From the NCBI GenBank assembly GCA_964342465.1, contig CAYFFQ010000002.1, forward strand, positions 1-60,556: a stretch of 60,556 bases of DNA. Direction: 5' to 3'. The notes below the pieces were generated by a model that worked only from the letters and a program-made list of their open reading frames with translations, had not been told where the DNA came from and did no database searches. Below are positions 27,070 to 37,070 of this stretch, piece by piece (position 1 is the stretch's first letter; each line of letters begins with the position of its first letter). The position numbers were made by a program, and so were the translations under genes. This DNA is from an uncultured Candidatus Poseidoniales archaeon. GTDB taxonomy: Archaea > Thermoplasmatota > Poseidoniia > Poseidoniales > Thalassarchaeaceae.

Positions 27070-28020
27070 TCACACCAATCCTCCGAGAGATGCAAGAGCG
27101 GCACCGCGCATGCTTGCCAAGTCGGGATAGCCCTGAACTTCCATGAACTCGATGAGTTCTGACTCAATTCTCGCGAAGACCCCCACATCATCGGTGATGA
27201 GGGCGCTGCCGATTTGCACGGCAGCGGCACCAAGCATGATGAAACGAGCAACATCAAGTCCGGTAGAGATTCCTCCGATGCCGATAATTGGTGCCACGGG
27301 TATCTCTCCACGTTGCATCGCCAAGGAGACCTCAGAGACCTTCCGTTGGGCGATGGGGCGTATTGCAGGGCCGGACATTCCGCATAGGAGGTTGCCGATG
27401 ACTGGGCGGGCAGCGAATGGGTCCACTTCCAAAGCGGCGACGGTGTTGACGAGTGAGATTCCATCAGCTCCCGCTTCGAGAGCCGCCGCTGCTTCGAGCG
27501 AGACCTGAGCGGTGTTCGGCGTCAGTTTCGCGTAGATGGGTATGTTGACGGCGGCCTTGACTCTAGAGACATATGAGGAAACCAATTCAGGTTGTTGACC
27601 TACTATCAAGGCGCGACTGCCCGGTTTGGAATGAGGGCAGGATAGATTCAACTCTAACGCAGTTGCGCCTGCCCCTTCCATCTGTACCGCAATTTCTGCT
27701 AGTCTATCTTCATCTGGGGCGAAGATAGAGACAAGCAATGGTTTGGCAAAATCATTCTCCTCGATGATGGAAGCGAACTTCTCTGCCCCCGGATTGGGCA
27801 ACCCCATTGCATTGAGAACCACATTTTCCATCGCTTCTATACAGACGGGACCGGGATAGATTTCTCTTGGCTCCGCCCCGATACTCTTTGACACCAATCC
27901 ACCGCAGCGTGATGCAGCCACACGATGAAGCGCTGCCGCAGAACCTCCTTGGATGCCACTTGCCAGCATGAGTGGATTGACAAGGGAGAGGCCAGGCAAG
28001 TCTACAGTGAGGTCCACCAT
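27070..28020 (-). CDS. pyrD: Dihydroorotate dehydrogenase (class 1B) catalytic subunit
   Basis: NPLMLASG, NAMGLPNPG, ELNLSCPH, KLTPN, LVNTV, SGPAIRP, IIGIGGI, VQIGSA; start ATG 28020. Confidence 0.94.
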   Translation of the reverse strand: MVDLTVDLPGLSLVNPLMLASGIQGGSAAALHRVAASRCGGLVSKSIGAEPREIYPGPVCIEAMENVVLNAMGLPNPGAEKFASIIEENDFAKPLLVSIFAPDEDRLAEIAVQMEGAGATALELNLSCPHSKPGSRALIVGQQPELVSSYVSRVKAAVNIPIYAKLTPNTAQVSLEAAAALEAGADGISLVNTVAALEVDPFAARPVIGNLLCGMSGPAIRPIAQRKVSEVSLAMQRGEIPVAPIIGIGGISTGLDVARFIMLGAAAVQIGSALITDDVGVFARIESELIEFMEVQGYPDLASMRGAALASLGGLV

Positions 28021-28081
28021 GCTGCTCAAACAGGCGGCGGAGCCGATACTCTTCAAGCGTTGCGACCGCTCGCAGCGTATC

Positions 28082-28492
28082 ATGGGCAGCCGTGACGCCT
28101 CTCTCGCCGAGTTGGCGAGAAGACTTCTGCGCCACCCCGAGACTAGGCTTGTCGTGCCGATAGATGTCGTCCTTCAAGCAGAAAATCTCGCCCTACAGAT
28201 TAGTGATGACCTGCCAAAGCTCCTCAATGAGCCATCCATTGAGTTGGGTGCCGAGGAGGCAACAGTCAGACTTTGGGTAGCCGATTCCCTAGCCGGTTCA
28301 ATCGGCGGGGTCGAGCCGAGTGAAGAGGTTGTTTGGATTCCTTGTGAAGTAAAAGAATTCAACGATGTTTGGAGCTGTTTTCTACGAACCGTGTCGGCCC
28401 TAACTTCAGCCGGTTACCCCGGTTGCATCGACTGCGCAGGACCCGCTGCAACCGAGCCGTGGGACGAGGCCGCGCAACGGGCCCGCTTTTGA
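28082..28492 (+). CDS. Hypothetical protein
   Basis: Protein-like composition from ATG 28082, divergent from pyrD; C-terminal GYPGCIDC. Confidence 0.55.
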   Translation: MGSRDASLAELARRLLRHPETRLVVPIDVVLQAENLALQISDDLPKLLNEPSIELGAEEATVRLWVADSLAGSIGGVEPSEEVVWIPCEVKEFNDVWSCFLRTVSALTSAGYPGCIDCAGPAATEPWDEAAQRARF

Positions 28493-28742
28493 TTCCGGCG
28501 AAGTGGGTGTTGAGAGAGGTGTCTTGAGGTGGGGAACTATGTTCCCCTAGGAGAGTGCCCCTCATCCATCTCTCAAAATTGTTTATCAAGGGTGGGGCGA
28601 CGGGAGAGAAATCGCATGAGGAACCAACCACTGGCATCCATTTCCGAGGAGTGCCGAAACTGGTCCTCGCGTGTGGGCGGGCGCGAAGCGGCTTCAGATA
28701 AATTGATTATTGATTCGCTTCAAATCTGCCGAGGGTGATAAT

Positions 28743-31049
28743 ATGAAGATGCTAATAGTCGAGTCGAAAGCGAAGTCTAAAACAATACAGAAGTACCTTG
28801 GTAGGAAGTATACCGTAAGGGCCAGTATTGGCCATGTTCAAGACCTCCCGAGTGGAAGAACCAAAGATGGCCGAAAGGCGATGTGGGCTTCACGACAAGA
28901 CGAACTCCCACAACCACCGTGGGAGTACACAGAGAGGGCGAAGAAGGTCGTCGACGGCCTCATCTCAGACCTAAATAAGGGAGATTATGACGAGGTCATC
29001 ATCGCTACTGACCCCGACCGAGAAGGAGAGTTCATCGCCTGGAGATTGGAACAACTCCTTGGGGACATTGCTCCATGCACCCGAATAGTCTTCAATGAAA
29101 TCACGAAAGATGTGATTATGGAGGCTATTGACAACTCTCGCCAAGTCGACATGAAGTTGGTCGATGCGGCCAAGGTTAGGCGATTCATGGACAGACTCGT
29201 TGGTTATAGGACAACCAATTTCGCCCGCTCTTGGAGATTGAAATCCATGGGCCGCGTGCAGACACCGACTCTAGGCTTTGTAGTCGAGCGTGAGTTGGAA
29301 AGAGAGGCGTTCACACCGACTCCCTATTTTTCGGTCAAGGCTGAAGCAGAATCAATCGAATTCAAAGCGCGATTTCATGAATCCTCAGACGATGATGCAT
29401 GGCGCGACCAAGATGGCAAGTTTGACGCCAGTCGCACCCATGATGGCGAACTCGCTACAGAAGCCATCGCCGCCTTGCAAGCGCAAGACAGCCTACAAAT
29501 CACCAACAACAAACCATCCAAACAGTCGCGCAGGCCACAGCCACCATTCACCACAGATGCGATGTTGCAGGCGGCAGGAAGTCGCTCTGGATGGTCTCCC
29601 GGCAGGACGATGAGGGTGGCCGGCGAATTGTACAATGGTGGCCACATCACTTACATGCGAACAGATTCGACTAGAACCAGTGCTGGAGCACGTGCGACTG
29701 TCAAGGAGTATATCGCCAACAGATGGGGAGAAGACCACATCGGTGGCGGCGTATTGGGCAAGAAAAGCGGCGGCACACAGGACGCACACGAGGCAATCAG
29801 GCCAACAGCACCAGATGTTGAGAGGCCAGAGGGTGTGAGTGGAGATATGCTCCAACTCTATAGGTTGATTTGGGCGCGATTCGCAGCCAGCCAGATGAAC
29901 AACTCGGAGTATGAGAGACGAAATCTCACCGCCACGGTGGAAGGATTTTCCAAAACTCTCACCGCCACGGCTTCGTGGCGAGTTCACAGTGGTTGGGAAG
30001 CGGCATTCGATGACATCAACAACAGAAATGTGACCACATCACCACCGGAAGCAGATATCGATGCAGGTTCACTTCTCGAGATACGCCACGACGATGATAC
30101 ACCCCAACTGATAGAGGATGAGACCAAGCCGCCGAAGAGGTATCGCGAACACTCCTTGGTTGCAGAGATGAAAGAGAGAGGAATCGGCAGACCTTCCACC
30201 TACGCCGCCACCATAACCAAAATTCAGGCGAGGAAGTATGTTGACAAGGAGGGGAATTCTCTCGTTCCTACGGCCCTTGGTCGCCTCTGCTGGAGTGAGG
30301 TTGCACCTATGTACACGCAACAGGGGGATGATTCAGATGTCTCTTTCCTCTTTTCCGCAGAGTTCACAGCCGACATGGAACAGAGGCTCGATGCGATTGA
30401 GACTGGTGAGAGGACTGCTCCTTCTGTTTGGCATGGTTTCACCACCCACTTCCGCGGCTTGCATGAATCCGCATTAGCAATGAAGAGAATGACTCCGACA
30501 CCCAATCAGCAATACAAGTTTGACCAACTAGTTGCCAACATCTCAAGCGATGAAGTGGCTGAAGTTCTCGATGGCAGGGATGCAGATGCACTTTCAGGAG
30601 AAGAGATGAGTGAAGTGATTGGTAAACTCAGCGAATTGGGTTCCCCTCTCGCCTCAGAGAAGCAGGTTAGTTACATACTCTCGCTTGTTGACCAGATTCC
30701 AGAAATGGAAATCGACGATGCACTCGCTCTCGTAGAGTCGAGAGATGTGCAGGAGTTGGATATGAAATCAGCAAGTACCCTTATCGGGAAATTGAAGGAA
30801 TTGACCGATGAATTACCACGCCCAGTTTCTGAAAAACAGATGAACCTCATCAAACAGAAATCTGAACAATTGAAATTATCTGAACAGGAGATTTGTGCTA
30901 AAGTCGGCTTGAAAGGCTACGACGAACTCACCGGCGGCCGCAAAGGCAACGCTTCTGACCTGATCTCAATCCTCATCAAGGAGAGCGGTGGAAACCGACG
31001 CCGCTCGAGAGGAAGCGGTAGAAAGAAAGGCGGGGGTAAATCGTCATGA
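28743..31049 (+). CDS. topA: Type IA DNA topoisomerase, bacterial TopA-like
   Basis: LIVESKAK, GHVQDL, ATDPDREGE, GRVQT, catalytic ITYMRTDS, QDAHEAIRPT, GIGRPSTY. Confidence 0.95.
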   Translation: MKMLIVESKAKSKTIQKYLGRKYTVRASIGHVQDLPSGRTKDGRKAMWASRQDELPQPPWEYTERAKKVVDGLISDLNKGDYDEVIIATDPDREGEFIAWRLEQLLGDIAPCTRIVFNEITKDVIMEAIDNSRQVDMKLVDAAKVRRFMDRLVGYRTTNFARSWRLKSMGRVQTPTLGFVVERELEREAFTPTPYFSVKAEAESIEFKARFHESSDDDAWRDQDGKFDASRTHDGELATEAIAALQAQDSLQITNNKPSKQSRRPQPPFTTDAMLQAAGSRSGWSPGRTMRVAGELYNGGHITYMRTDSTRTSAGARATVKEYIANRWGEDHIGGGVLGKKSGGTQDAHEAIRPTAPDVERPEGVSGDMLQLYRLIWARFAASQMNNSEYERRNLTATVEGFSKTLTATASWRVHSGWEAAFDDINNRNVTTSPPEADIDAGSLLEIRHDDDTPQLIEDETKPPKRYREHSLVAEMKERGIGRPSTYAATITKIQARKYVDKEGNSLVPTALGRLCWSEVAPMYTQQGDDSDVSFLFSAEFTADMEQRLDAIETGERTAPSVWHGFTTHFRGLHESALAMKRMTPTPNQQYKFDQLVANISSDEVAEVLDGRDADALSGEEMSEVIGKLSELGSPLASEKQVSYILSLVDQIPEMEIDDALALVESRDVQELDMKSASTLIGKLKELTDELPRPVSEKQMNLIKQKSEQLKLSEQEICAKVGLKGYDELTGGRKGNASDLISILIKESGGNRRRSRGSGRKKGGGKSS

Positions 31050-31137
31050 CACCGATTTCCCCATCCTTCTGGTATTACATCCTGACCTGAATTGGGCTCA
31101 TCATCTGAGTACTCTGACTCCCACTCTGATGTGCCGG

Positions 31138-31330
31138 GTGCATCACCACTGGCTGTTCAACCCCCCCTTTACAGTTCAACAACGGGCGGTTCACCATAGA
31201 CGGTTTGTGAGGTGTGCATCACCACTGGCTGTTCTTGACGGGCGCAGCATTACCACCGACTGTTCCCCATCAACTGTTCACTGCAAGTGCACTAACACGG
31301 GTGAATGACCACAAGCGCATCACCACCACT
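31138..31330. repeat. Dispersed 21-bp direct repeats (2 exact, 2 degenerate)
   Basis: GTGCATCACCACTGGCTGTTC at 31138 and 31214; GCATTACCACCGACTGTTC at 31247; GCATCACCAC near 31317. Confidence 0.8.
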
Positions 31331-31410
31331 GACAGCAGAGTTTGAACAATCAGGAAGAGACCGCCTCTGGCCCGCAAACTACGATAGGGCCAACCACCTC
31401 AGAACCGTTC

Positions 31411-32619
31411 ATGGGCCAAGCCGTTTACGATGTGGTCATCGTCGGTGCGGGCCCCATCGGTGGCTATCTCGCCCGAACTCTAGCTCGCGCCTCAATCTCC
31501 GTCCTTCTACTCGAAGAACACAAGGAGGTAGGCAGACCATTCCAATGCGCCGGCCTCGTCACACCTGAAGCGATGGCCAAGACCGGTTTGCATGAGTCCA
31601 TCCTCTCGTCTGTCTATGGTGCTCGCATCAACAGTCCATTGGGGAGGGAGGTGAAGGTCGGAGTGGCAGGTGTGGTCAGGACACATGTTGTCTGCCGCAA
31701 GAGATTCGACCATGGTATTGTCAGGATGGCATTGGAATCTGGCGCAGAACTGTGGCTGGAATCGAAACCGATTGATGCTGTCGTTGATGGAGGCGGAGTG
31801 AGGTTGTCGATTGATAGATGCGGTGAACTGATTGAAGTCACCACCCGCTTACTTTGTGGCGCCGACGGCGCGCATTCTTGGACCAGACGCCATTTTCGCA
31901 TGGGAAAGCCCGAAGAGATGATGGTCGGGTTTCAGGCTGAAATCACCTCCTACCGCGGTGAAGAGGGGTATCTTGACATGTTCACGGGTGAGCAGGTAGC
32001 ACCCGGTTTGTTCGCTTGGGTCATCCCCAGTGGCCTCGGTTGGCGGGTCGGTGTGTGGGCTCGTCCACAAGACCTCGCTGGAAGGAGTTGTGAGATGCTG
32101 TATGACGCCTTGAAGAACCATCCACTTTGGGTTGAGAGGTTCGCGGGCAGTAGTGAAATCGCTCGATACTGTGGGCCTTTGCCATGCGGTATCGTCGCTA
32201 GACCAGTTCAGGAGAGGGTCGCCCTTTTCGGTGATGCTGTCGGGTTATGCAAACCGACCACTGGTGGTGGCATAGGGAAGGGCTTTGAACAGGTCGACCG
32301 GATGGCAGCAGGATTGATTGAAGCCATCCGTTCTGACAGATTATCTCTCAGTGACATGAAAAAAGTTGCACACCCTCTCAATTCAATGAAAAAACAGCAA
32401 AAGAGAGCGAGGATTCTGAGGGACCTGTATCTCACTGATTCCGATGATGAGAAGTTGGAGAGTACCTTTGAGACATTCTCACAAGAAGATGTACTTGCAA
32501 TGATAAACGAACATGGCGAGATAGAGAATCCTGTTTCCCTCGGAATGCGCTTATTGAAGAATGTCCCTCAGTTCCGTAGGATGGCAGTAGGGGCGACTTG
32601 GGCGCTGTTGACGAGGTGA
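31411..32619 (+). CDS. Geranylgeranyl reductase family protein (DGGR-like)
   Basis: DVVIVGAGPIG, CAG, RKRFD, GADGAHS, FAWVIP, GDAVG..KPTTGGGI; alternative start TTG 31342. Confidence 0.88.
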   Translation: MGQAVYDVVIVGAGPIGGYLARTLARASISVLLLEEHKEVGRPFQCAGLVTPEAMAKTGLHESILSSVYGARINSPLGREVKVGVAGVVRTHVVCRKRFDHGIVRMALESGAELWLESKPIDAVVDGGGVRLSIDRCGELIEVTTRLLCGADGAHSWTRRHFRMGKPEEMMVGFQAEITSYRGEEGYLDMFTGEQVAPGLFAWVIPSGLGWRVGVWARPQDLAGRSCEMLYDALKNHPLWVERFAGSSEIARYCGPLPCGIVARPVQERVALFGDAVGLCKPTTGGGIGKGFEQVDRMAAGLIEAIRSDRLSLSDMKKVAHPLNSMKKQQKRARILRDLYLTDSDDEKLESTFETFSQEDVLAMINEHGEIENPVSLGMRLLKNVPQFRRMAVGATWALLTR

Positions 32620-32623
32620 GAAT

Positions 32624-33706
32624 TTGACTGAATGGACACATCTGATGATGCGTTTTCCACCATTCGATGCGCCATCCCACATCCCCTCAGAAATCCCCCC
32701 TATCAATGTGATATGGCCCTCTATAGACGAGGGCCCTGATATAATAATTGGCGATGTGGATGGCTGGTTTGTTCATCAACGGAGATGTTCGGAAAAACCA
32801 GAGGATGCCAAACAAGTGAAGCCCTCTGATGGCGGGATTGACACCCAATCCATGTTGAGGACGAGGTCTGGTTGGGCCATTGCTCCCAACAGGATGCATC
32901 GTTTTGCCCGCCGATGGATTCCTTGGGGTGTCGTCATCCTCATTGTAGCCATCTTCCTCCATGTATTGGAGCCTGTATTGGTCAAGGCCGGCATTCTGAC
33001 AGAATCTCTGGCCGGCAGTATAAATCTCGGTCTTCTCGATTATCCCATTCTGTTCGTGTTCGCTTCTCCATTCATCGTATTCCCGCTTCTGCTGAGAATC
33101 GTGGCTAATGTGGAGGATGTAAGACGGCAGCATCGTTTCCAAAAAAATCCCATCATGGACCCGGTCATCAAGGTCTCTGAATTCAATGCTGGCGAGGATG
33201 TTCGCATTTCAGTAAGCCTTGGCGATTCTATTGCCGCTCGCCGATTGACAGGCCACATCAGAGTGGGGCTGCTACCGCCGCACCGAGAAGCACTGATGAC
33301 TGCGTTCAACGGGGGTGAAGGTAGACCACCAATTGGTCTGTCCACCCCCTTGCCAAAGGGTTGGATGCCCATTGCTGATGATGGCTCGGGAGTAGGAGAG
33401 GCAACCCCTATGATAGTAGGAAAAGGTCCCGCCCAACTCTTCCATGAACCAATGCGTGTCAGTGAAAGTGGCCCCAAATCAGATTTTTCACCCGATGAGG
33501 AAGTAACTCTCATCGCCCCTAAGGGGAATTGGCCAGGAAGTATGTATGGGCCGCTGGTGAATGTCAATTGGGAGTTGTTTCTGAAGGTCCATCTCTCAGA
33601 CGAAAAACCAATCTATTGGGTTGAGAGGCTGAACGCCATCTCAGATGCGTCCGAGTATCGCATGCCTCGGATGAAAGCCGAATCAGGTCGGCTCGAAATT
33701 GATTGA
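32624..33706 (+). CDS. Hypothetical membrane protein (2 TM plus beta-rich C-terminal domain)
   Basis: Two hydrophobic segments; WPGSMYGPLVNVNWEL is loosely arrestin/SpoOM-like; 4 nt after the GGR stop. Confidence 0.6.
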   Translation: MTEWTHLMMRFPPFDAPSHIPSEIPPINVIWPSIDEGPDIIIGDVDGWFVHQRRCSEKPEDAKQVKPSDGGIDTQSMLRTRSGWAIAPNRMHRFARRWIPWGVVILIVAIFLHVLEPVLVKAGILTESLAGSINLGLLDYPILFVFASPFIVFPLLLRIVANVEDVRRQHRFQKNPIMDPVIKVSEFNAGEDVRISVSLGDSIAARRLTGHIRVGLLPPHREALMTAFNGGEGRPPIGLSTPLPKGWMPIADDGSGVGEATPMIVGKGPAQLFHEPMRVSESGPKSDFSPDEEVTLIAPKGNWPGSMYGPLVNVNWELFLKVHLSDEKPIYWVERLNAISDASEYRMPRMKAESGRLEID

Positions 33707-33751
33707 ACTTGGATAACCAACATTGATTTCCCCAAGTGTCTTGCCAGCATT

Positions 33752-36700
33752 ATGTTGCGGGGGGTTTTGTTCGCCCTGTTGGTCTGCTCTTCTCTCCTCC
33801 TTTCCGGTTGTACAATCCCTCTCCTTGGTGATGATGAGGTGGCAGATTCGGAGACTAACGAACCTCCCTCGCTTTCGGTGAATGAGGTGCAGGATGCCGG
33901 TTTTGGCGAACCCGTATTGGTGTCAGGCGTTGTCAGTGACGAGTCGCCTTCGGAGGGATTGGTTACGATGGCGTTTTCAATTCCGTGGGGGAATATCTAC
34001 GAGAGGCCTGAATCAGACGGTTCATTCTCGTATTCGATGAACGGATTGGAGCCAGGGGACTACTCGGTGACCGTCTCAGTCAAGGATTCAAGTGACCTTC
34101 TTTCGGAAAGCATCACTCACAATTTTACTGTACATACGCCGGAAGAAGCGGCAGCAGTGGTCACGGTTTGGAGAAGCGTTGTGTACTTTGAAACTGGGGA
34201 GCGCTCCTCGTTCAGTGGCGAGGTTGAACACCTCTTCCTTGACAGTTGCTCCTTTGCCTACACATCAAGTGGAGATTTGAGGTCGTCCGACTTGACGATT
34301 CAGTACAACTCTGGCGATGGGATGTTTAACATCGGCTTTCCGCCTCTTTCTGACACAGAGATTGGTATTTTGTCGACATCGTGTGGGAGGTACACAACAA
34401 CCACGACGAATGTCTCGTTGACACTCAATCTGATTGTTGAGGAAGCCCCTGATGCGGATGGTGACGGTATTGCCGATGAATTCGATTCCTGTCCGGTGGG
34501 TGAGTCATTCGTCTCATCAAACACCACCGACTACGATTCCGATGGTTGTTATGACATCAATGAGGATTCTGATGATGATAACGATGGAGTCACTGATTTT
34601 GCCGATAAATGCCGTCTCGGGCTGCTTGGCTGGCTCTCTGGTGATGAACTGGATTACGATGGAGATGGCTGCAATGATGCGGTTGAAGATGAAGATGATG
34701 ACAGCGATTCTATCACCGATGACGATGACCTATGCGACCGCTCTCCCTCCGCTTGGCGCTCGACCTTTTCCAATGACCACGACCGCGATGGTTGCCGAGA
34801 CAGCGACGAGGATACAGATGATGACAATGATGGGGTCCTCGATGCGATTGACCTCTGCCCGAAGGGGGTTGTAGGCTGGCTGCCGGACATTTTGAATGAC
34901 CGTGATGGTGATGGCTGTCGTGATGCCGATGAAGATGACGATGACGACAATGATGGTGTCACAGACGAGGATGACCTCTGTGGCGAAACCGCCGCCAACC
35001 ACGCTGTCAACCTCTACGGATGCGCCGAATATGAGTGGGATAGCGACGGTGATGGAATCATGGATGATGCTGACCTGTGTGAGAACACTCCCAATGGATT
35101 GCCTGTAAATGAACAAGGATGTGCTGACATCGACAATGATGGTGTCTTCGCCAACGCCGATGCCTGCCCTGACAGCCAACAGAGATGGACAGTTGATGCA
35201 AGTGGATGCACAGTTCTCCAGTATCCTGTCGGTTGGTCTCAGGGGCAATACAGCACAGAACCCTTGGGACGAGTTGGTCCGATGGACATTCAGACCACTG
35301 ATGGGCTATGGAGAATAGAGAATGAGTGGGATGGGAATTCTACTTATCTATTCATTTTTAACTACAAGTCCAGTAGTTATATGTCATCACTGTGGAATCA
35401 GGACGTAGGTGGTTTGTTGGATTCCACCCCCAACCAAACAGTAGTCTTCTTCGGTTCTTTCGATTCAGACTTCTCTGCCGACATCAACGGAATGAGGAAC
35501 CGTGTCGACAATTGGTTGTCCTCACAATCACAAGAAGTGCAGGATTCGTGGTCTGGTCGCATCAAGTATGTCAACGAGAGAGCATGGAACACCGGTGGGA
35601 GCATCAACGCAGTCATCAATGATTGGAATGCCTTCTACTACGGAATAGACAGGTTTCAGAGATGGCGTCAAATAGGAAGCCTCCTCGACTGGTCCCAAGG
35701 CAATACATGTTGCTATAGATTGGACTATCTCGCTAATGAACCTATCATGTGGGCGAAGGAGTTCCCAGTCGTGATGAGGGGTCAAGACCCAGCCGTTGTG
35801 TCGGTTGATATCGCAGTTGGAGAGCGTCATAGTGGTGGGTGGGGTTCAGGCTACACAACCCTACTGAATGGTCAATTCCCGAATGCTTCCACCATGGCAT
35901 CATTCAATACCATGGAAGTGTATCTCGAACACTCTTGCAGCCAACACAGAGACAGGTATGGAATCGATGATGATTCCGACGGCCAAGTCGACAGATATGG
36001 TGGATGCCATGAGTGGGATTATCTTCACTATCTGAAAATCTGTGACGAGAACATTCCAAGTAGTTGTGGCGCGGAATTTGTTCGCTACATTACGACTTAC
36101 GGCCGAGAAGGGCGATGGCTCACCGATATCTCACCGCTCCTGTGGATGGTGAACAATGGCGGCAATCGCAACTTTACCTATCAAGGGGCAAATGGTGGAT
36201 GGCTCAACATCACACTGTTCCTCTCAACTTGGGATGACGACGGCTTGAGGCCTGTACACGGCGAGTTCGCCTTCTCTGGTGGTAAATTCAACAGCGACTA
36301 CAACAATGAGTCCAAGTACACCAGAAGATATCCGGTCAACTCTACCACCCGATGGGAAAAGGTGGAAATCGCAGCAATCGTGACCGGACACGGATTTGGC
36401 AACGACCCCAACAATTGTGCTGAATTTTGCAATCACGAACATCGATTCTCGATGAATGGATTCGATGTGACACATGATTTTCCAATGGCTGGCAACTCTT
36501 CCACATCTAGTGACCAAGAGGGGTGCAAGAGACTCGCTGACGAGGGTGTTGTGGCTAATCAATTCGGTTCTTGGCCGTATGGTCGCGCCGGTTGGTGCCC
36601 CGGGCAGGATGTGCCTCCTGCACTATTCGATATCACAGCATGGGTCAATTGGTCGCGCTCTAACTCACTACTCTACCAAGGGTTATGGGATGGTCAGCAA

Positions 36701-36907
36701 TATGGGGAGACAAGCAATGACCCAAACATCCGCGCCCTCATCTGGGTCGTCTACTATGTGAACACCTCAGGCGAGGGACTTGCGATGGCGAAGGGTGAAC
36801 CGCCTCCTGCAACGGGTGGGGGTGACCTTGACAACACGATTGAGGCGGGATATACTGTTGCTGAAAATGATGACGATGTGCGTGCAGTAGCAGCGAGAGA
36901 TGATTGA
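33752..36907 (+). CDS. Lipoprotein with Ig-like domains, TSP3-like Ca repeats and a PNGase F-like domain
   Basis: Lipobox LLSGC; repeated D.D.DG..D..D.C units; CHEWD, EFVRYIT.Y, VTGHG, CAEFC, RAGWCPG. Confidence 0.85.
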   Translation: MLRGVLFALLVCSSLLLSGCTIPLLGDDEVADSETNEPPSLSVNEVQDAGFGEPVLVSGVVSDESPSEGLVTMAFSIPWGNIYERPESDGSFSYSMNGLEPGDYSVTVSVKDSSDLLSESITHNFTVHTPEEAAAVVTVWRSVVYFETGERSSFSGEVEHLFLDSCSFAYTSSGDLRSSDLTIQYNSGDGMFNIGFPPLSDTEIGILSTSCGRYTTTTTNVSLTLNLIVEEAPDADGDGIADEFDSCPVGESFVSSNTTDYDSDGCYDINEDSDDDNDGVTDFADKCRLGLLGWLSGDELDYDGDGCNDAVEDEDDDSDSITDDDDLCDRSPSAWRSTFSNDHDRDGCRDSDEDTDDDNDGVLDAIDLCPKGVVGWLPDILNDRDGDGCRDADEDDDDDNDGVTDEDDLCGETAANHAVNLYGCAEYEWDSDGDGIMDDADLCENTPNGLPVNEQGCADIDNDGVFANADACPDSQQRWTVDASGCTVLQYPVGWSQGQYSTEPLGRVGPMDIQTTDGLWRIENEWDGNSTYLFIFNYKSSSYMSSLWNQDVGGLLDSTPNQTVVFFGSFDSDFSADINGMRNRVDNWLSSQSQEVQDSWSGRIKYVNERAWNTGGSINAVINDWNAFYYGIDRFQRWRQIGSLLDWSQGNTCCYRLDYLANEPIMWAKEFPVVMRGQDPAVVSVDIAVGERHSGGWGSGYTTLLNGQFPNASTMASFNTMEVYLEHSCSQHRDRYGIDDDSDGQVDRYGGCHEWDYLHYLKICDENIPSSCGAEFVRYITTYGREGRWLTDISPLLWMVNNGGNRNFTYQGANGGWLNITLFLSTWDDDGLRPVHGEFAFSGGKFNSDYNNESKYTRRYPVNSTTRWEKVEIAAIVTGHGFGNDPNNCAEFCNHEHRFSMNGFDVTHDFPMAGNSSTSSDQEGCKRLADEGVVANQFGSWPYGRAGWCPGQDVPPALFDITAWVNWSRSNSLLYQGLWDGQQYGETSNDPNIRALIWVVYYVNTSGEGLAMAKGEPPPATGGGDLDNTIEAGYTVAENDDDVRAVAARDD

Positions 36908-37070
36908 ATGCCGAAGCCGTGCTTCTCATCAATGGTTAGAGGTGATTGGTCTCGCCGCGGCCTGTGGACATTTGATGGGGTCGTGCATGAATGGGAGGCC
37001 CGCCACAGTCGGCCATCGCATGAAGAGAAGATGTCTATTCTCACGGTGGCAACCTGAATCTGTATTGACA

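Noticed and set aside
3388-27464. Long N-terminal extensions in the ORF track for dtdA, mdh, tatC, pyrK and pyrD
   Set aside because: They overlap neighbouring genes or lack family similarity; internal starts with ribosome-binding-like sites fit better.
34434-35248. Alternative-frame and antisense ORFs rich in Met/Thr or Ser over the TSP3 repeats
   Set aside because: Shadows of GAT/GAC-rich Asp codons in the real gene; the same applies within 41454-44609.
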